The notes beneath the pieces are model-generated. The model was not told where the DNA came from. It made no database searches and saw only the letters and a program-made list of their open reading frames with translations. Below are positions 39,320 through 53,238 of a stretch of 64,000 nt of DNA, one piece after another. Made by a program: the position numbers and the translations under genes. Origin of the DNA: Octopus sinensis (taxonomy: Eukaryota); the NCBI RefSeq assembly GCF_006345805.1, contig NC_043024.1, positions 13,516,001-13,580,000 on the forward strand, given 5' to 3'. Numbering within the stretch: position 1 is the stretch's first letter; every line of letters starts with the position of its first letter.

Positions 39320-39765
39320 TATATACACAGGCACAGACACATACACACACATATGTATATTTATATGCATATATATATACATATGTATATGTGTGAAAGT
39401 GCATACGTGTGTTCGGACGTATTCTCACGTGTGAGTGATGCATTATATCTGATTTACGACAGCATTGATTGGATATGCTTAACTATGAATATTTAAGTGA
39501 TTTCTCCAATAAAAGATCAGTTCCTAGAAATGCCTGGGAGGAAACTGTAAGTCGTAGCACGGACACTCATCTCCGCTCAAGGAGCTCAAGGCGAAAAAAA
39601 GGGATTACGCAAATCCTATCGTTTTGTCACTTATTTATTAATTCTGCACATACCTATCGATATATATTTGTATGCATGCGCACACACATATTTACATGAA
39701 CACACGTACACACATACATACACACGCACACACACACACATACACACACACATACACACACACAC

Positions 39766-39806
<41 letters not shown>

Positions 39807-39810
<4 letters not shown>

Positions 39811-40043
39811 GTAGAGTAATATGCTTTATTTTAAGCAGCAGAAAATTCAACAAAATCTGTTACTCTGAGTTTCTCGTTGCCGTTCATCAGACTAGCAAAA
39901 ACTGTCTGATGAACGGCAACGAGAAACTCAGAGTAACAGATTTTGTTGAATTTTCTGCTGCTTAAAATAAAGCATATTACTCTACCACTGGTATTTGAGT
40001 ACTCTTTTTTTCACCTTGTTTCACATTTATGTGTTTACTCCGG
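39807..40043. mobile_element. Palindromic TA-embedded element with one-sided tail (arms 39807-39892 / 39904-39989); same family as 11278-11503
   Basis: Near-perfect inverted arms; tail ggtatttgagtactc...gtgtttactccggt shared with the 11 kb copy. Confidence 0.88.
39902..39939 (+). ncRNA. Minimal type I hammerhead ribozyme, predicted cleavage after 39935
   Basis: cugu-CUGAUGA-a-cg-gcaa-cg-a-GAAA-cucaga-GUA-acag. Stem I is cugu/acag (extendable aaaa/uuuu); stem II is 2 bp with a GNRA loop; stem III cuc-a-gag is quasi-palindromic. Confidence 0.72.
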
Positions 40044-40065
40044 TATATATATATATATATATATA

Positions 40066-40542
40066 GGAAAAATTGTAAAAATGCAGAATGCTAAATTGAA
40101 AGAAAATTTTAATGAAATGAGAAATTGATAAAATATATAAATATATATTTATTCAAACCGGTTTTCGTTCTGTTTTGCCAACATCCTAAATTAAACTAAA
40201 CAACACATGGCCTTAATCCCATTGGATCGTAATACCTCAAGGTAATTTTTTCGTGAACAATCATTAAACTCAAGATACACAACGAACTCACAATGTATCG
40301 GAGTACTTATTTTTTAATTTTTATACATATTTATTATTATTCTTTTGCCCCTTTCTCATTTTTAAAAAGCTTTTTCACCTAACTATGACGAAAACCGGTC
40401 TGAATAAATATATATTTATATATTTTATCAATTTCTCATTTCATTAAAATTATCTTTCAATTTAGCATTCTGCATTTTTACAATTTTTCTTTGCTTATCA
40501 TTTCTCCATATGCGGTCAACACAACCCCACCATTTATTGATC
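40066..40542. mobile_element. Fold-back element in (TA)n: ~103 bp arms (40066-40168 / 40388-40490), ~220 bp spacer, one-sided tail
   Basis: gaaaaattgtaaaaatgcagaatgctaaattgaaag...attcaaaccggttttcgt versus acgaaaaccggtctgaat...ctttcaatttagcattctgcatttttacaatttttc. Confidence 0.8.
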
Positions 40543-40849
40543 TATATATATATATATATATAACAAAACAAGCATACATACATATACGCATACGCCAACG
40601 TCTATAGTTTTACCTTTAGAAGTTAAGAAGCGACCTTTATTATTTATACACGCACACACACACAATTACGCAAACACAACCACCCTTCTACACACCCACA
40701 CACACACATATATATATATATTTATGTATATATAGGTGTGTATGTGTGTATATATATACGCATATGTGTGCGTATGCTTTTTTAGGTATATATATATTAT
40801 CTGTTATACCCAACCGTCATAATTTCTGTATTTCTTCTACTGCAGACAC

Positions 40850-41141
40850 CAAACCTGAAATACGCGTGGGAAGATTGGTCGGGTACATCGACCCAACTGC
40901 AACATTGCTGCGTATTTTAACAACCTAGAAAGGGTGAGGACTAATGGGGATCTCGATTGAATTCGAACTCGGAAAGTAAAGCTGGAATAAATGCCGCTAG
41001 CAACGATTCTGCCAGGTCACTGCTTTCGCCGAGGTCGACTTTGCCTTTCATCCTTTCGGGGTCGATAAATTAAGTACCAGTTACGCACTGGGGTCGATCT
41101 AATCGACTTAATCCATTTGTCTCTCCTTGTTTGTCCTCTCT
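40850..41141. mobile_element. Old SINE A copy (-, ~40850-41025) adjoining a younger 5'-truncated SINE A (+, 41026-41141)
   Basis: ccgaggtcgactttgcctttcatcctttcggggtcgataaattaagtaccag...ccttgtttgtcctctctg. Confidence 0.8.
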
Positions 41142-41425
41142 GACAATAATAAACACACGCACTGGTAATATTTCATTTGGTTATTGTTCATAAACTGCTT
41201 AACTATTTCATCATCTACCGATTCGATTAATTGTTTTATCAATAAGTTCATCAATAGATTAGTTATATTTGGAACTGTCCTGAACTTGTGTAGAGAATAA
41301 GATGCCATTGAAGAATTCGGAAATGGCGACGAACACAGGATGCAACTCCACAAGAAATTTCGCTTATTATTCTCCCACCTCATCGCTATTTCATGATGTA
41401 TGTATTGTCTAAAAACAAGCAGATA

Positions 41426-41832
41426 GGCGTAAGAGTGGCTGTGTGGTAAGTAGATTGCTTAACAACCACATGGTTCCGGGCTCAGTGCCACTGCGTGGCA
41501 CCTTAGGCAAGTGTATTCTACTATATCCTCGGGCCGACCAAAGCCTTGTGAGTGGATTTGGTAGATGGAAACTGAAAGAAGCCCGTCGTATATATGTATA
41601 TATATATGTATGTGCGTGTATGTTTGTGTGTCTGTGTTTGTCCCCCTAGCATTGCTTGACAACCGATGGTGGTGTGTTTATGTCCCCGTCACTTAGCGGT
41701 TCGGCAAAAGTGATAGAATAAGTACTGTGCTTACAACAGAATAAGTCCCGAGGTCGAGTTGCTCGATTAAAGGCGGTGCTCCAGCATGGCCGCAGTCAAA
41801 ATGACTGAATCAAGTAAAAAGAACAACAAAAA
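41426..41832 (+). mobile_element. SINE family B, full length, ~14 bp TSD
   Basis: ggcgtaagagtggctgtgtggtaag head; aaaaacaag(c/t)agat at 41411-41424 and 41833-41846. Confidence 0.93.
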
Positions 41833-42085
41833 AAAAACAAGTAGATCACATCAATGATCCCTGGCAGCACGGTATCATTGTAAAATATGGAGTAACGTTT
41901 ACAGTAGCAAATGTCTAATGTCCAATGAATCAATATTACGCATGACAAAATGTATGAAGAATTCACAGGTAAAAATGATTAGTTCTTCCCTTCTCACCTG
42001 TCGTTTTATCGTATGCAATGAGGAACGACATAAACACCGAATACTATTCATTCGGTTCCCTCCATGCCTTGGTGCAAATAAGCAT

Positions 42086-42429
42086 ACTCTCTTTTACTCT
42101 TTTACTTGTTTCAGACATTTGACTGCGGCCATGCTGGAGCACCGCCTTTAATCGAGCAACTCGACCCCGGGACTTATTCTTTTTGTAAGCCCAGTACTTA
42201 TTCTATCAGTCTCTTTTTGCCGAACCGCTAAGTGACGGGGACGTAAACACACCAGCATCGGTTGTCAAGGAACGCTAGGGGAACAAACACAGACACACAA
42301 ACACACGCACACACATATATATATATACATATATACGACAGGCTTCTTTCAGTTTCCGTCTACCAAACCCACTCACAAGGCATTGGTCGGCCCAGGGCTA
42401 TAGCAGAAGACACTTGCCCAAGATGCCAC
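42086..42429 (-). mobile_element. SINE family B, 5'-truncated
   Basis: Matches 25780-26150 and 4682-5078; stops at cccaagatgccac. Confidence 0.92.
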
Positions 42430-42470
42430 AAGAACCTTTAACAATTCTAAATATTCTACATTTATCGAGT

Positions 42471-42850
42471 GTGGAGGCGCAATGGCCCAGTGGTTAGGGC
42501 AGCGGACTCGCGGTCGTAGGATCGCGGTTTCGATTCCCAGACCGGGCATTGTGAGTGTTTATTGAGCGAAAACACCTAAAGCTTCACAAGGCTCCTGTAG
42601 GGGCTGGTAGTGAACCCTGCTGTACTCTTTCACCACAACTTTCTCTCACTTTTTCTTTCTGTTTCTGTTGTACCTGTATTTCAAAGGGCCAGCCTTGTCA
42701 CACTCTGTGTCATGCTGAATCTCCTCGAGAACTACGTTAAGGTTACACGTGTCTGTGGAATGCTCAGCCACTTGCAGTTAATTCCACGAGCAAGCTGTTC
42801 CGTTGATCGTATCAGCTGGGACCCTCATCGTCGTAACCGACGGAGTGCTC
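42471..42850 (+). mobile_element. SINE family C, full length, 15 bp TSD
   Basis: ctacatttatcgagt at 42456-42470 and 42851-42865. Confidence 0.95.
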
Positions 42851-43651
42851 CTACATTTATCGAGTACATTCTCTGTGCAATATTTCTCCCAGAATGAATC
42901 TCTAATTCCAGGAATTCAACTTCCGTGATTGTTTCTTTCGTATATAGTAATTTCGTGCTTATACATCAACACCAACGTTTTCTCTTCTCCTGTCTTATAT
43001 GTTTGTCTATCAGGACTTCTGAAATTTGTGTATTCATATAACTTCTCTTTCCATTTCTTCTTTGCTGGGCTTTCTCTGAAGCACCACAAACGAACGATAC
43101 GAACCTATCGCTTATATTTCCATATATTCATTCGCGTGTGATTGGCGTTCCTCTGTGTGTGTGTGTGATAGAGAGTGTGTGTTTTTGGAAAGTGAATTAC
43201 ATACGTCTACACACTTGTCAATCTTTCCCGCTCTCCACACTCTACACACTTCCCTCTATAATCTCTTTCGAAATATATAGCGTTGTCTATATATACTTTT
43301 AAAGAAAACATATCCAGGTGTACACACACATGCACACACACACATGCACACACACACATTCACACACCCACCCGTATATATATGCATATATATATATATG
43401 TATGTATATATAAATATATATATATACATATATATGTATGTATATATAAATATATATATACATGTGCATATATATATATATGTATAGGCATGTGTGTATA
43501 TATATATGTGCGTGTGTGTGCATATACATATACATACATACGTATATATATATATGTGTGTGTGTGTGAGCGCATATATATATATATATATATCGAAAGG
43601 TGGTTTTGTTTTGTTTTTTCCTGTATACACCCCCCACCAATCCATCCTTAC

Positions 43652-43763
43652 ACACAACACACTTAGTATCATATGTAACAGTAAGTGAGTAAAATCTATG
43701 TTTGGTGGATTTTCTCTGTTATTGCTATTGTCCTCATCGTCGACGTCGCTCCAGTTATTGCCG

Positions 43764-43795
<32 letters not shown>

Positions 43796-43927
43796 ATTTT
43801 TGGTGCTGTTGTTGTTTGCGTTGTTCTTCGTTTCTTCATATCTCTTGTATTCGTCAGACCATGACAGCTCTATGGAATATCGGAAAGATGCTTGTGAAAT
43901 GCCTAAATGGGAAAATGGTTTTGGAAT
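43652..43927 (-). other. Candidate 276 nt phase 0-0 exon of an unidentified minus-strand gene (Asn-rich)
   Basis: Polypyrimidine acceptor ctgtctgtttttctctttAG (AG at 43929-43928); stop-free frame IPKPFSHLG...[12 protein letters not shown][13 protein letters not shown]...LSVLC; donor GTAAGG at 43651-43646. No homology recognised. Confidence 0.3.
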
Positions 43928-44147
43928 CTAAAGAGAAAAACAGACAGCAGCAGAAAACAATACTCGAAATAAATAAATAAATGAAAATAAAATGAATAAA
44001 TAAAATAAACAATATAGAATAGAAAACGGAAGCATAACAAAAAGACGAAATAAAATATAAAAAATATGGAAAGAAAGAAAACTGAAAACTGCGTAACATA
44101 TATATACATATATATATATATACACACACATATATATATATATACAC

Positions 44148-44180
<33 letters not shown>

Positions 44181-44183
44181 ATA

Positions 44184-44218
<35 letters not shown>

Positions 44219-44220
<2 letters not shown>

Positions 44221-44261
44221 CTTCTTCATGTGTAAGTCTTGTTTCCAATATTTCATACACC

Positions 44262-44309
<48 letters not shown>

Positions 44310-44369
44310 ATATGTATGTATATATATATATATAAAATATTGAATACAAGACTTGCACATGAAGAAGTT
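44219..44369. repeat. 35 bp inverted repeat enclosing a CA/TA microsatellite
   Basis: aacttcttcatgtgtaagtcttgtttccaatattt (44219-44253) / aaatattgaatacaagacttgcacatgaagaagtt (44335-44369). Confidence 0.85.
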
Positions 44370-44743
44370 AGTATAAAGACCACAATGATATGTGTGTGTG
44401 TGTTAGAGAGAAAGTGCATATATATATATATATATATATGTGTATGTATATATATAAATATATACGTGTATGTGAGTGCGTGTGTGTTTGTGCATAGGTA
44501 TAGAAAAGCTAAATAGGTATAGTAAGTAATCTTCCGTTTGTGCACTAAAAGTTAAGAACACCCATATATATTGATGCGTGTGTGTGCGTGTGTGTGTGTG
44601 GGTGTATATATATTTTTCTGTAGCTAGAATTACACACATACACCTGTACATATACGTATTCTTACATGGCTATGTGTATGTAAAGTGTAATATATATATT
44701 AATACGTGTATATATATGTGTGTATATATATATATACATATAA

Positions 44744-44781
<38 letters not shown>

Positions 44782-47700
44782 AGTATGTATGTCTGCGTTT
44801 GTGTGTGTGTATGTATATGTCTGAACTGTGTGTATTCACGCACAAATATCACCAACGTATATTTTCTGTCATATTCCAGAGAACCTTCATCTGAAAATTC
44901 AAATTTTTACTTGTTTTCCACGTCGTTTTCCTCCATATTGATAATGTTTTTCTTCCACCGCAGTTAGTTTCACGAATTTTCGATCTGGAATTCTTTTAAA
45001 CCTGTTAAAATGGAAAGTGGAGCATCGTTGAAGAAATAGAACAGATGAGAAATATAATAGAATTAACATTCCGATTCCACAGTTAAACAACTGTCATGAA
45101 CCACTTAACGGCGGGAATTCGATTACATCGTTGGATCTAACTTCTTTTTCTCTTTGAAAGCGATGCCTACGATGCACTCTTTCCGCGTATAAACGGATTC
45201 GTTTGACCTTCTATGATGATACTGACATAAAGTTAGAAGCAGCCTGTTTTGCATGCTAAATCTATATGTCGCGTATATTCTATATTGCGAATTACTCAGA
45301 AGACCATTTATAATTCCGGTTGCCAACGGTTGGTGAGAATGATGCAACGAACAGCTCAGACTGAAGATACTTTGTAAAGGTTATTCGGGGAGGGTAAAAT
45401 GTATCTGTGATCTTCGGTATTTACAAAGTCACTGAGATTATTGCAAGGATGAGTTGGAGATTTACTCAAACCAAGGACCTTTTTCTAGCTCTCTACAAAC
45501 GAATAAAGTCTGTTGAAAAAAATTCCATGCACCATATTTTTCCGTTACATAAAGGTCTTTGCTACTTTTGAAGTATCCGTTGGCGACGACGTGTTCTCCA
45601 CTGAGCGGAACCCATGAACTGTCTATTGTTCTTCAATCCAGTTATATCCCAGCTTTTTCAGCGCTATCTGAATGTTAAATCCCCCTTGCTCAACATTTTG
45701 TGTATTAATTTGCTGCCTGTCATGTCCCCCAGGGAAGACCTGGAGGACATGACAGGCACGCCTATTGATAAATCTGTCAATTTCTTCGTTTTAAAGATTT
45801 ATCAAGGATCATTTTAATCCCTCTTTCAAAACGACGAGCGATCCTATCTTATTAAAACTGTAGGACAAAATGATTAACAAATCTTATATAAATAATGAAC
45901 TTCAAGCATGGTCGCTGGTTATTAATAACAAGGTTAAGTTTATTGACTAGACGCATAGAACTATTAATATGTCTAAAAAGAGACATTGATTTCTTTATTA
46001 GCCACAAGGGCTCGATATAGATAGGGACAAACAAAGACGGACAGGACACCACAGAGGGGACAATACATAGAACGAATATGATTGCGATGATTATATAACA
46101 ATGGGGTTATGAATGGCTGCATGCGCCCCTCATCACATGCCTTACCATTAATCTTTTTAAAATGTCCGTTTTTATCATATATTTACAAAATTAATTATCG
46201 TCTACAATTACGAGTATTTGAACCGTTATATACGTTCTCTAAAATTGTTGTATTTTTCATTATTTTTAAACATAACATAAAACACTCTATTTTTTCCTTT
46301 TTTTCCTCCTTTTTCTTTTATATTTTCTTTTTTTCCTGTCAATTTAACATACTTATTTACTTTTTAGTAATATTTCATTAGTGGTTCATTTTCTACTAAA
46401 TCCACTACTGGTGGCAATTCTTTGAATTCCACCCTTACTCCTCGTGGGTCAATATCATCTCCACACATTTCTTTCAGTCTCTTGTAATTTTCCTCTTCGA
46501 TCACTATCGCCCCTTCATATCCTCTGCATATATGTAAATTGTATAATATGCCTCAGAGAAGTGCTGAGGAATTGTTATTTCCTGTACGCCCTGAAGGATC
46601 TTCGGTATAATCTATCGAAATACCATCTACAGAATACAACGAATACAAGGAATGTTTCTTTGGAAGAATTACTGTTTCTTTGTCTATATCAGAGGTTCTT
46701 AAATGTTATTTTTTTCATTTTGTAGTGCCCCATTTTCAGGAGTCGTGGTACTTCGCTCGCCATATAAGTAGTTAGTGCGGAATTACCACTAAACAAACGT
46801 ATGTTGGATGATAATTCATAACTTTTACTCAAATGACAACGCAACTAGAAAATACTAATCAAGACAAAACTATAAAATGAAATATTTATTATTCTTGTTC
46901 GACCACGTCTGTATCTGCGATATATAAATACCTCTCATTTCATTTTGATAATTCTTAATAGTTTTATCATTAATTAGTAGTATAGGTAAAATTTAATACC
47001 GTCCCGAATGACTGAAGCCGATTTGGAGCAGTGCCTGCCACGTTGAAGAATTCTGGTCTAGAGAAACTACAGATGGATTCGTTATGCTTGACATCCCCGG
47101 TATGGTAGCCAAAGTCTCTTAAATCACACCTAGTCGTCTTTTTGCTTAGAAGCATAGAGACATATTTTGCTTCAAAGGACGAACATTTGATAGCTAGAAT
47201 AGCTCAGATCATAGGTCTGTTCGAATCGGGAAGGCTGTGTCAAAACAACAATAAAGGTAACTTCTAAGTAAATATTTATTTCGTATAACTGCTGATGAAA
47301 CCTGGTTTGGGCAATAAGAATCAATAGTAATGAGATACAATCTTTTAGCAGATTAGTCTCACGCATGAAGTATGGTGAATAAATACACTTTATAAACAGA
47401 CGGGATATACACACACGTAGTTGATTATTTATGTTGGACAGGGTGTGAAGAAATAAGTGCTGAATTTCGGATGGGTTAGAGTTAATATCAGACAGGTGTT
47501 AAAAAATCCGAACAACTGAACATCTAAATTGACTGTGTTGCATTATATAACAAGAGCGTACAACAGCTCGTAATGTTGCCAGAGTAAAGCTTTAAAACCT
47601 TCAACGTTGTTAACAAGTTGAGATTGTTAGAAATGAAGAAAATGATATTACAGACAAGTTTGACATAAATTAATCACAATACAGCAAACAAACGTGGCGT

Positions 47701-48539
47701 TATAAATTCCAAGAGATCTTCTAAGTCCACCTTTGTTCAACGCAAATACATGAAGACAAAGGTAAAAAAAAATATAACCGTAAATATAAAACAAACATAT
47801 AAAATATTTATGATAATATCTTCTGATGTACAAGAAGCAATGTTTACATTACACATGTGTGTATATTCTGTGTATAATGTTTATATTATACATGTGTGTA
47901 TAATGTGTGTGTAATGCTTCCATTATGCATGTGTAGGAATATGTTGAAAAGTATGTTTGTGTGATTATATGTGAAGGTGTGTTTAAGATGTATATATTTC
48001 TTATGCCTTTAGAGAAGCTGCTATGGAGGTGTGGTGGTAAAGATACCGAAAAACAGGACAGTGTTCGGGGTCGCGAAAGCTGAAGGCCATAAACAGGTGA
48101 TATATTCATTTCTCATCCTCTATTAGGATTCGCATATATGAATGTATGTATATGTGCATATGCACGTTCTTATGTTTACATGTTTACGAGTATTTATATG
48201 CGTATGGGTCGTTCTCTTTTTAAGTTCATGTGCATATATTCATGTGTCCAGTGTTTTACATGCGTCCAGCATTTGTTTCGAAACATCAGTGTTGGGGCTG
48301 GACATATAAAGTGAAATGTATCATTCATTCTAGTATATTTTATATCCAAACATAATTCGTTGAATCGTCATGTTTCAGAATATAACGATATATACAGAAA
48401 CGACCAAACGTATATACATACCGAGTACTTCTTTCAAATGTCGGAATTCAAATAATTCTGCGTCGATCAGTGACGTATATCGATTGGCGGCCGAAATGCA
48501 GCTCTACATAGACATCTCCGATCCGAAGAATGAGTAACG

Positions 48540-48800
48540 AACCGGAAAGAAGAAGGGCCAAATTGGACAGAAGATCCAGATATATTGTTGTAAATTTATC
48601 GAGCCACCGTCTGCAAATCAGTGTGTAACAGCAATCTCGATCCAAACTTGAGAGCAGATAAATTTTGTGGATCTGGTGTAGATAATTCATGTATACGAGG
48701 GTGGAATTGCATCTTTTCTTGGCACATATTTGTTATGGATTTCGTTTGTTCTGTTGTTCCTACTCAAAGCTATGTAGGTTCACGGCCATTAATTCATACA
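48540..48800 (-). pseudogene. Possible degraded Gypsy-like RT N-terminal relic
   Basis: Frameshifted minus-strand fragments 'PRIHEL...KI..LSSLD....Y...FTT..G...QF..P' loosely resemble 'PxIxEL...xFSxLDLxxGY...TxFxT..G.YQF..PFG'. Confidence 0.25.
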
Positions 48801-48924
48801 GGCTTTGGCCATAATTACAAAAACTTTGCACGTCACGGGTTAGAATCTTCCACAATATTGCTCTGTTTCTGACAGTATAACCATTCGCTTATGAGTGTAC
48901 TCCCACGTCTCTCTATCAAGCATT

Positions 48925-48959
48925 GTTTATATACATATATACATACACACATACATACA

Positions 48960-49002
<43 letters not shown>

Positions 49003-49175
49003 ATATATATACATATACACATAGATATATACATATACATATATATATACATATACATACATATATATGTATATATGTACACGCATACATACACGTATAC
49101 AATCATACATACATATATGCAAAAGATGCGTATATACATACTTGCATACATACATCCATACAAACTGACATACGT

Positions 49176-49214
<39 letters not shown>

Positions 49215-49380
49215 CATATTTCCACGCATTCAAACTCCTACACATACATGCATACATACATAGAGACACGCATATAAACATACAAAGTAACATACTTAGA
49301 CACACGCACACATACATATATACATACATACATACATACATACATACATACATACATACATACATACATACATACGCACG
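48925..49380. repeat. (TA)n/(TACA)n microsatellite cluster
   Basis: Direct inspection. Confidence 0.92.
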
Positions 49381-50155
49381 TAAACACTCCCGCGCAACAT
49401 ATGATTTTATTCCAAATATTTTTTCTCTTTCTCTCATGCTTTCTCCTTTTTTTTACTCTCTCCGACGTTCCCTAATTCTCCCTCATACACACACACACTC
49501 CCCCTTTTTCTTTCTCTCCCTCTGTCTTTCTCTCCCTTTTACTTTCCCTCCCACTCTCTCACTCCCGCCACCCCCTCTCACCCTCAAATATTTCACCGAC
49601 ACTAACAATACTTAGAAATTGTATGGAATTCTTACACTTCTGAATCAGCGTGAGAGGAGAAAGATTCTGCTACAGTGAAGAACGGAAAGCATAGAACTGA
49701 GAGCCGGCTATTATCGGTGCACACTCTCACAGATTGTTAAAAGACAAACCAAATCTTGCGTGCAGATTTCACAATTTCAACAATGGCATTTTGTGTTTAA
49801 TTGCCAAATGAATATCGCATATTCCAGCAGTTTACCTGTCATTCCGAGAAGATCTTATTGGTTATAAATCACGTTTGTTACTATACTTTGGCATACATCA
49901 ATGGTCATAGTACAATAGTAATAATAATGATGATGATGATGATGATGATTATGGTGAGGCTTATGATAATATTAGTAATAATGATAATAATAAGTACAGC
50001 AATAATAATAACACTTGAAGTAAAAGGGGATATGAAAGATTTTATGTATATACCTATATAGATATGTATGTATATGATAAATGTCAGTGTGTATATGCAT
50101 ATATATATATATAGTTTCTATATATATTATATATATGTATATATATATGTATATA

Positions 50156-50202
<47 letters not shown>

Positions 50203-50861
50203 TATTTATATGTATTTATATTTATATGTATATATATATATATATATGTTTATATATATTTCTATATATATATTCAATATGGTCATATATATGTATACAT
50301 ATATATATATGTGTGTGTGTATCTATATATGTGTGTGTTATAAAAATGTATGTGTGCGTGTTTGTATTTGTTTCCTTCTATATATGTTCATGTGTGTTTA
50401 TGAGTTCATGTGCGTGTATAAACACCTATATATTGTTTACTCAAACGTAATCCGTATTGATATATATTCCAGCAGTTAGATACCATAACTAGATAAGAAG
50501 CCTTTATATTGAGAACGAATGAAGAGAACGAGATGAGTAAAAGAAAAAAAGAAAAAACAACAACGAAAAGAACCACAAATACAACCAGAAAAAAGGCACG
50601 AACATATAAATTAAAACCTACAAACAAACAAACAAATAACAGCACAAACAATAGCGATTAGAGTTACCATTTGGTGTGCGAAATGGTATAGAAATGGTAA
50701 GATATAAAACAAAACACAAAGATGGAAAACTGGAAAGCTGAAAAGAAGGAGAAATAGAGAAAGAGACGAGAATAAGAAATAAAAAGAGAAATGGAGGGAA
50801 AAAGAAACGATGAAGAAAAATAATTTGGATTCCTTTCATTTTTTTTGTGTTTATGGAAACT

Positions 50862-51083
50862 GTAATAATGATGTTGACGATGATAATGATGACGATGATG
50901 GTGATAATAACGATAACAATAATAATAACAATAACAATAATAATAATGATGGTAATAATAATAATAATAATAATATGATAACAATAATAATAATAATAAC
51001 GATTAACCAATAATAATAATAATAATATGCAGAAGAAGAATAGTGCACATATAGGTATAACAACACGAAGCTATATATATATA

Positions 51084-51144
<61 letters not shown>

Positions 51145-51147
51145 TAT

Positions 51148-51189
<42 letters not shown>

Positions 51190-51385
51190 TATATATATAT
51201 ATATTTATATATATAGAGAGAGAGAGATAAGTATATTTTTATACATGCATATATATATATAATATACACACACATATATGTATATATATATATATACACA
51301 TATATATATATAACATATATACATATACATATATACACATATATATATACATTTATGTATATGTGTGTGTATGTATTTCTATATA
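50862..51385. repeat. (AAT/GAT/AAC)n tract followed by a (TA)n tract
   Basis: Direct inspection. Confidence 0.92.
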
Positions 51386-51754
51386 TATATAAATACTGTA
51401 CACATGTATTCTATATAAATACAGTAAAATATATGCGTGCATAAAATATGCCTGTCAGTGCACGCGAGTTTGCGAGCGTGCGTATGTGTGCGTCTGCACG
51501 CATGTGTGTGTGTGTGTGTATGTGTGTCCGTGTGCGTGAGTCTAGGTGCACAAAAATAATACGAAAGCTATTCTTGCAGAATATCATACAACTCCTGACA
51601 GTTAGATGCGAATGCCTAGATAAGACCTGTAAAGTACGCTACAGTATGGTTTGGTTTCAAAGAGGTGATATGTATGGCTTAGAACGTTGGATGAAGAGAG
51701 ACTTCAAAGTGCTTATTGCTACAATGAAATAACAGAACTGTGCTACCACTGCTC

Positions 51755-51778
51755 ATAATATTAATAACGATAATAATA

Positions 51779-51826
<48 letters not shown>

Positions 51827-51875
51827 TAAATTAATATTAATAATAATAATAATAACAATAGTAGTCATAATAATA

Positions 51876-51906
<31 letters not shown>

Positions 51907-51914
51907 TGATAAGG

Positions 51915-51973
<59 letters not shown>

Positions 51974-51990
51974 AACAATAATAATAATAC
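51755..51990. repeat. (AAT)n microsatellite
   Basis: Direct inspection. Confidence 0.96.
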
Positions 51991-52062
51991 TGCAATTATA
52001 AGAGCCAAGCGGTTGCTATCATAGAAAATGCCAAAGAAGAGTGAGTTTAGTTGGATCGAGGA

Positions 52063-52085
52063 TTATATACATATATATATATATA

Positions 52086-52124
<39 letters not shown>

Positions 52125-52175
52125 TACGTACGTACGCGTATATATATATTATATATTTTATATATTCATATTATG

Positions 52176-52218
<43 letters not shown>

Positions 52219-52384
52219 CATATATATATATAGATTATATATACATAAGTATATATATTATATATTATATATACATATACATACGTATATATATATATAG
52301 AAATATATATATATGTCTGTGTATATGTATATATCTATATACATGTATGTATATATACATATATAATTGTATATATCTACAAAT

Positions 52385-52416
<32 letters not shown>

Positions 52417-52530
52417 ATATATAATATATATATATTTTGTATCTATCTATCTACCTATATATATATGTATGCATATGTATTTGTATACGTATATGTATGT
52501 ATATATACATGTATGTACGTAAGTATGTGT
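52063..52530. repeat. (TA)n-rich microsatellite
   Basis: Direct inspection. Confidence 0.93.
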
Positions 52531-52687
52531 ACGTGAATAGATTCTGCTCCGTGGTGGCACCTTTACGCGAGTGCTTGTACCGTCGGTGGTAAAGCAGTGA
52601 AACATAGCGAACTGGATAACAACGGCTGCAATGAAAATAATATGATCCGCGGCAACAACAACAACACAATAAACAACAACAACGACA

Positions 52688-52740
<53 letters not shown>

Positions 52741-52858
52741 CATAATAAATATAATAATATAACTTCAACCGAAACAGAAAGGTCATCCACATTGAAGATA
52801 ACTTCATATGCATGGGTAATATGTACGGCTACACACACACAGAGTTGTACTAGATATG

Positions 52859-52892
<34 letters not shown>

Positions 52893-53201
52893 ATTTTTGT
52901 AATACATACTTATGCATATATACATACGTGTATCCCTTTAAGAGGATCTTGTCTCCTTGTTCTGGATATGCGTATATATATATCTATCTATCTATATCTA
53001 TCTATTATCTCTATATCTATATATATACACGCATATACACACATACACACACATACACACACACATACACACACATATATATACACACACACACACACAA
53101 TACACAATAGCGCGTGAGTGAGGCAGAGGAACACTTCGATGCGAGTGTGTATGCGTGTATTATAAAGAGCTCTTTCGCTTTGAATTTGTGCGTCTGAGTA
53201 T

Positions 53202-53238
<37 letters not shown>

